Positions 54,201-54,540 of a DNA stretch of 54,540 nt are shown one piece after another. The translations under genes were made by a program, and so were the position numbers. The stretch's first letter is position 1; each line of letters begins with the position of its first letter. The DNA is from Pseudomonadota bacterium. Lineage in GTDB: Bacteria > Pseudomonadota > Alphaproteobacteria > CACIAM-22H2. Where the stretch lies: positions 1 to 54,540 of the forward strand of contig JACQDQ010000115.1 of NCBI GenBank assembly GCA_016201015.1. Reading direction: 5' to 3'. The notes beneath the pieces were generated by a model that saw only the letters and a list, made by a program, of their open reading frames with translations, was not told the DNA's origin and ran no database searches.

Positions 54201-54540
54201 GTGACTTCGCCACAGACATCGGACTCGGTGGTTCGCCGGAGCGGCGGGTCTTCCTGGGTGGTCATCGTCGTGCTGCTACTCGTAGTCGCCGCCGCCGGCG
54301 CCCATTTCGCCTACGAAACGCTCGTTCCCGGCAATACCGCTGCTTTGCCCGGAACGCCGACGGCGGCGATTCCTCCGCCAGCGCAACCGGATGCCACTGT
54401 CCAGACGACCACACCTGCACCGCCGCCGAGCGTTTTTCCGCAACCGAAGAAAGCGACGCTTGAATTTTGTCGGCACTCGCCGTTAATTCGTCGGCAGTTG
54501 CTTCCGCGCCCGCCAAAGAATGTGGAATGGCGGTGTAAAG
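54201..54540 (+). CDS. Possible membrane-anchored Pro-rich protein, 3' end outside window
   Basis: The frame is open from GTG 54201 to the window edge, so it is absent from the ORF track. It encodes VTSPQTSDSVVRRSGGSSWVVIVVLLLVVAAAGAHF (a TM anchor) followed by a Pro/Thr/Ala-rich segment. Codon bias weakens toward the end. Confidence 0.3.
   Translation, partial: MTSPQTSDSVVRRSGGSSWVVIVVLLLVVAAAGAHFAYETLVPGNTAALPGTPTAAIPPPAQPDATVQTTTPAPPPSVFPQPKKATLEFCRHSPLIRRQLLPRPPKNVEWRCK

Noticed and set aside
54262-54516. 84-aa minus-strand ORF at the right edge
   Set aside because: It ends in a poly-Arg tail, has no RBS or recognisable domain, and lies antisense to an open frame with a clear TM helix. 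Neither is strongly supported, but I consider the plus-strand reading more plausible.
1-54540. Search for CRISPR arrays, IS elements, transposases, integrases, tRNA or rRNA genes, and toxin-antitoxin or other defence systems
   Set aside because: I saw no spaced direct repeats, no DDE, tyrosine-recombinase or serine-recombinase-like ORFs, and no cloverleaf-like or rRNA-like segments. Every sizeable ORF is accounted for by metabolic, transport or regulatory families. This was a visual scan only and was not confirmed with tRNAscan, Infernal or ISfinder.

Overview
High-GC 54.5-kb segment with alphaproteobacterial (Rhizobiales-style) gene content. It is almost fully coding (about 50 genes). I saw no rRNA, tRNA, CRISPR array, transposase or phage gene. 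All family calls come from motif-level reading of the translated ORFs; no database search was possible. The ORF track writes GTG/TTG starts as M, and many track ORFs carry spurious N-terminal extensions that I trimmed by codon arithmetic. Contents, left to right: (1) the end of a Dpp/Opp-type ABC importer; (2) an orphan response regulator whose DNA-binding domain is cut off at the ABC gene; (3) a guanidino-acid catabolic operon (class-III aminotransferase, agmatinase-family ureohydrolase, aldehyde dehydrogenase, GntR repressor) with a GntR-type palindrome at its promoter; (4) two diverged, gene-order-permuted copies of a module made of a LysR regulator, a TRAP transporter, a HyuA/HyuB ATP-dependent cyclic amidase and a D-aminoacylase-family amidohydrolase, which is my best candidate for an uncharacterised pathway; (5) a DHA2 MFS pump; (6) a LacI / GH127 / family-3 binding protein / two HisQM-type permeases unit that lacks an ATPase and carries an aldo/keto-reductase gene relic, with a divergent SMP-30 lactonase; (7) HupE/UreJ plus a Tat-signal miniprotein; (8) an SDR / NTF2 / FAD-oxidoreductase / DUF1365 / CFA-synthase-like stress-lipid cluster preceded by a TGATCC-N16-CGTA ECF-sigma-type promoter candidate; (9) a tightly packed nine-gene, 10-kb operon with FdrA, two DUF1116 paralogues, DUF2877, a carbamate kinase gene carrying an internal deletion plus frameshift, a leaderless GGT-fold hydrolase, a PuuE-like deacetylase, an Ldh_2 dehydrogenase and a HIT protein (a variant oxalurate/oxamate module); (10) DUF962 and an alpha/beta-hydrolase-OsmC fusion.
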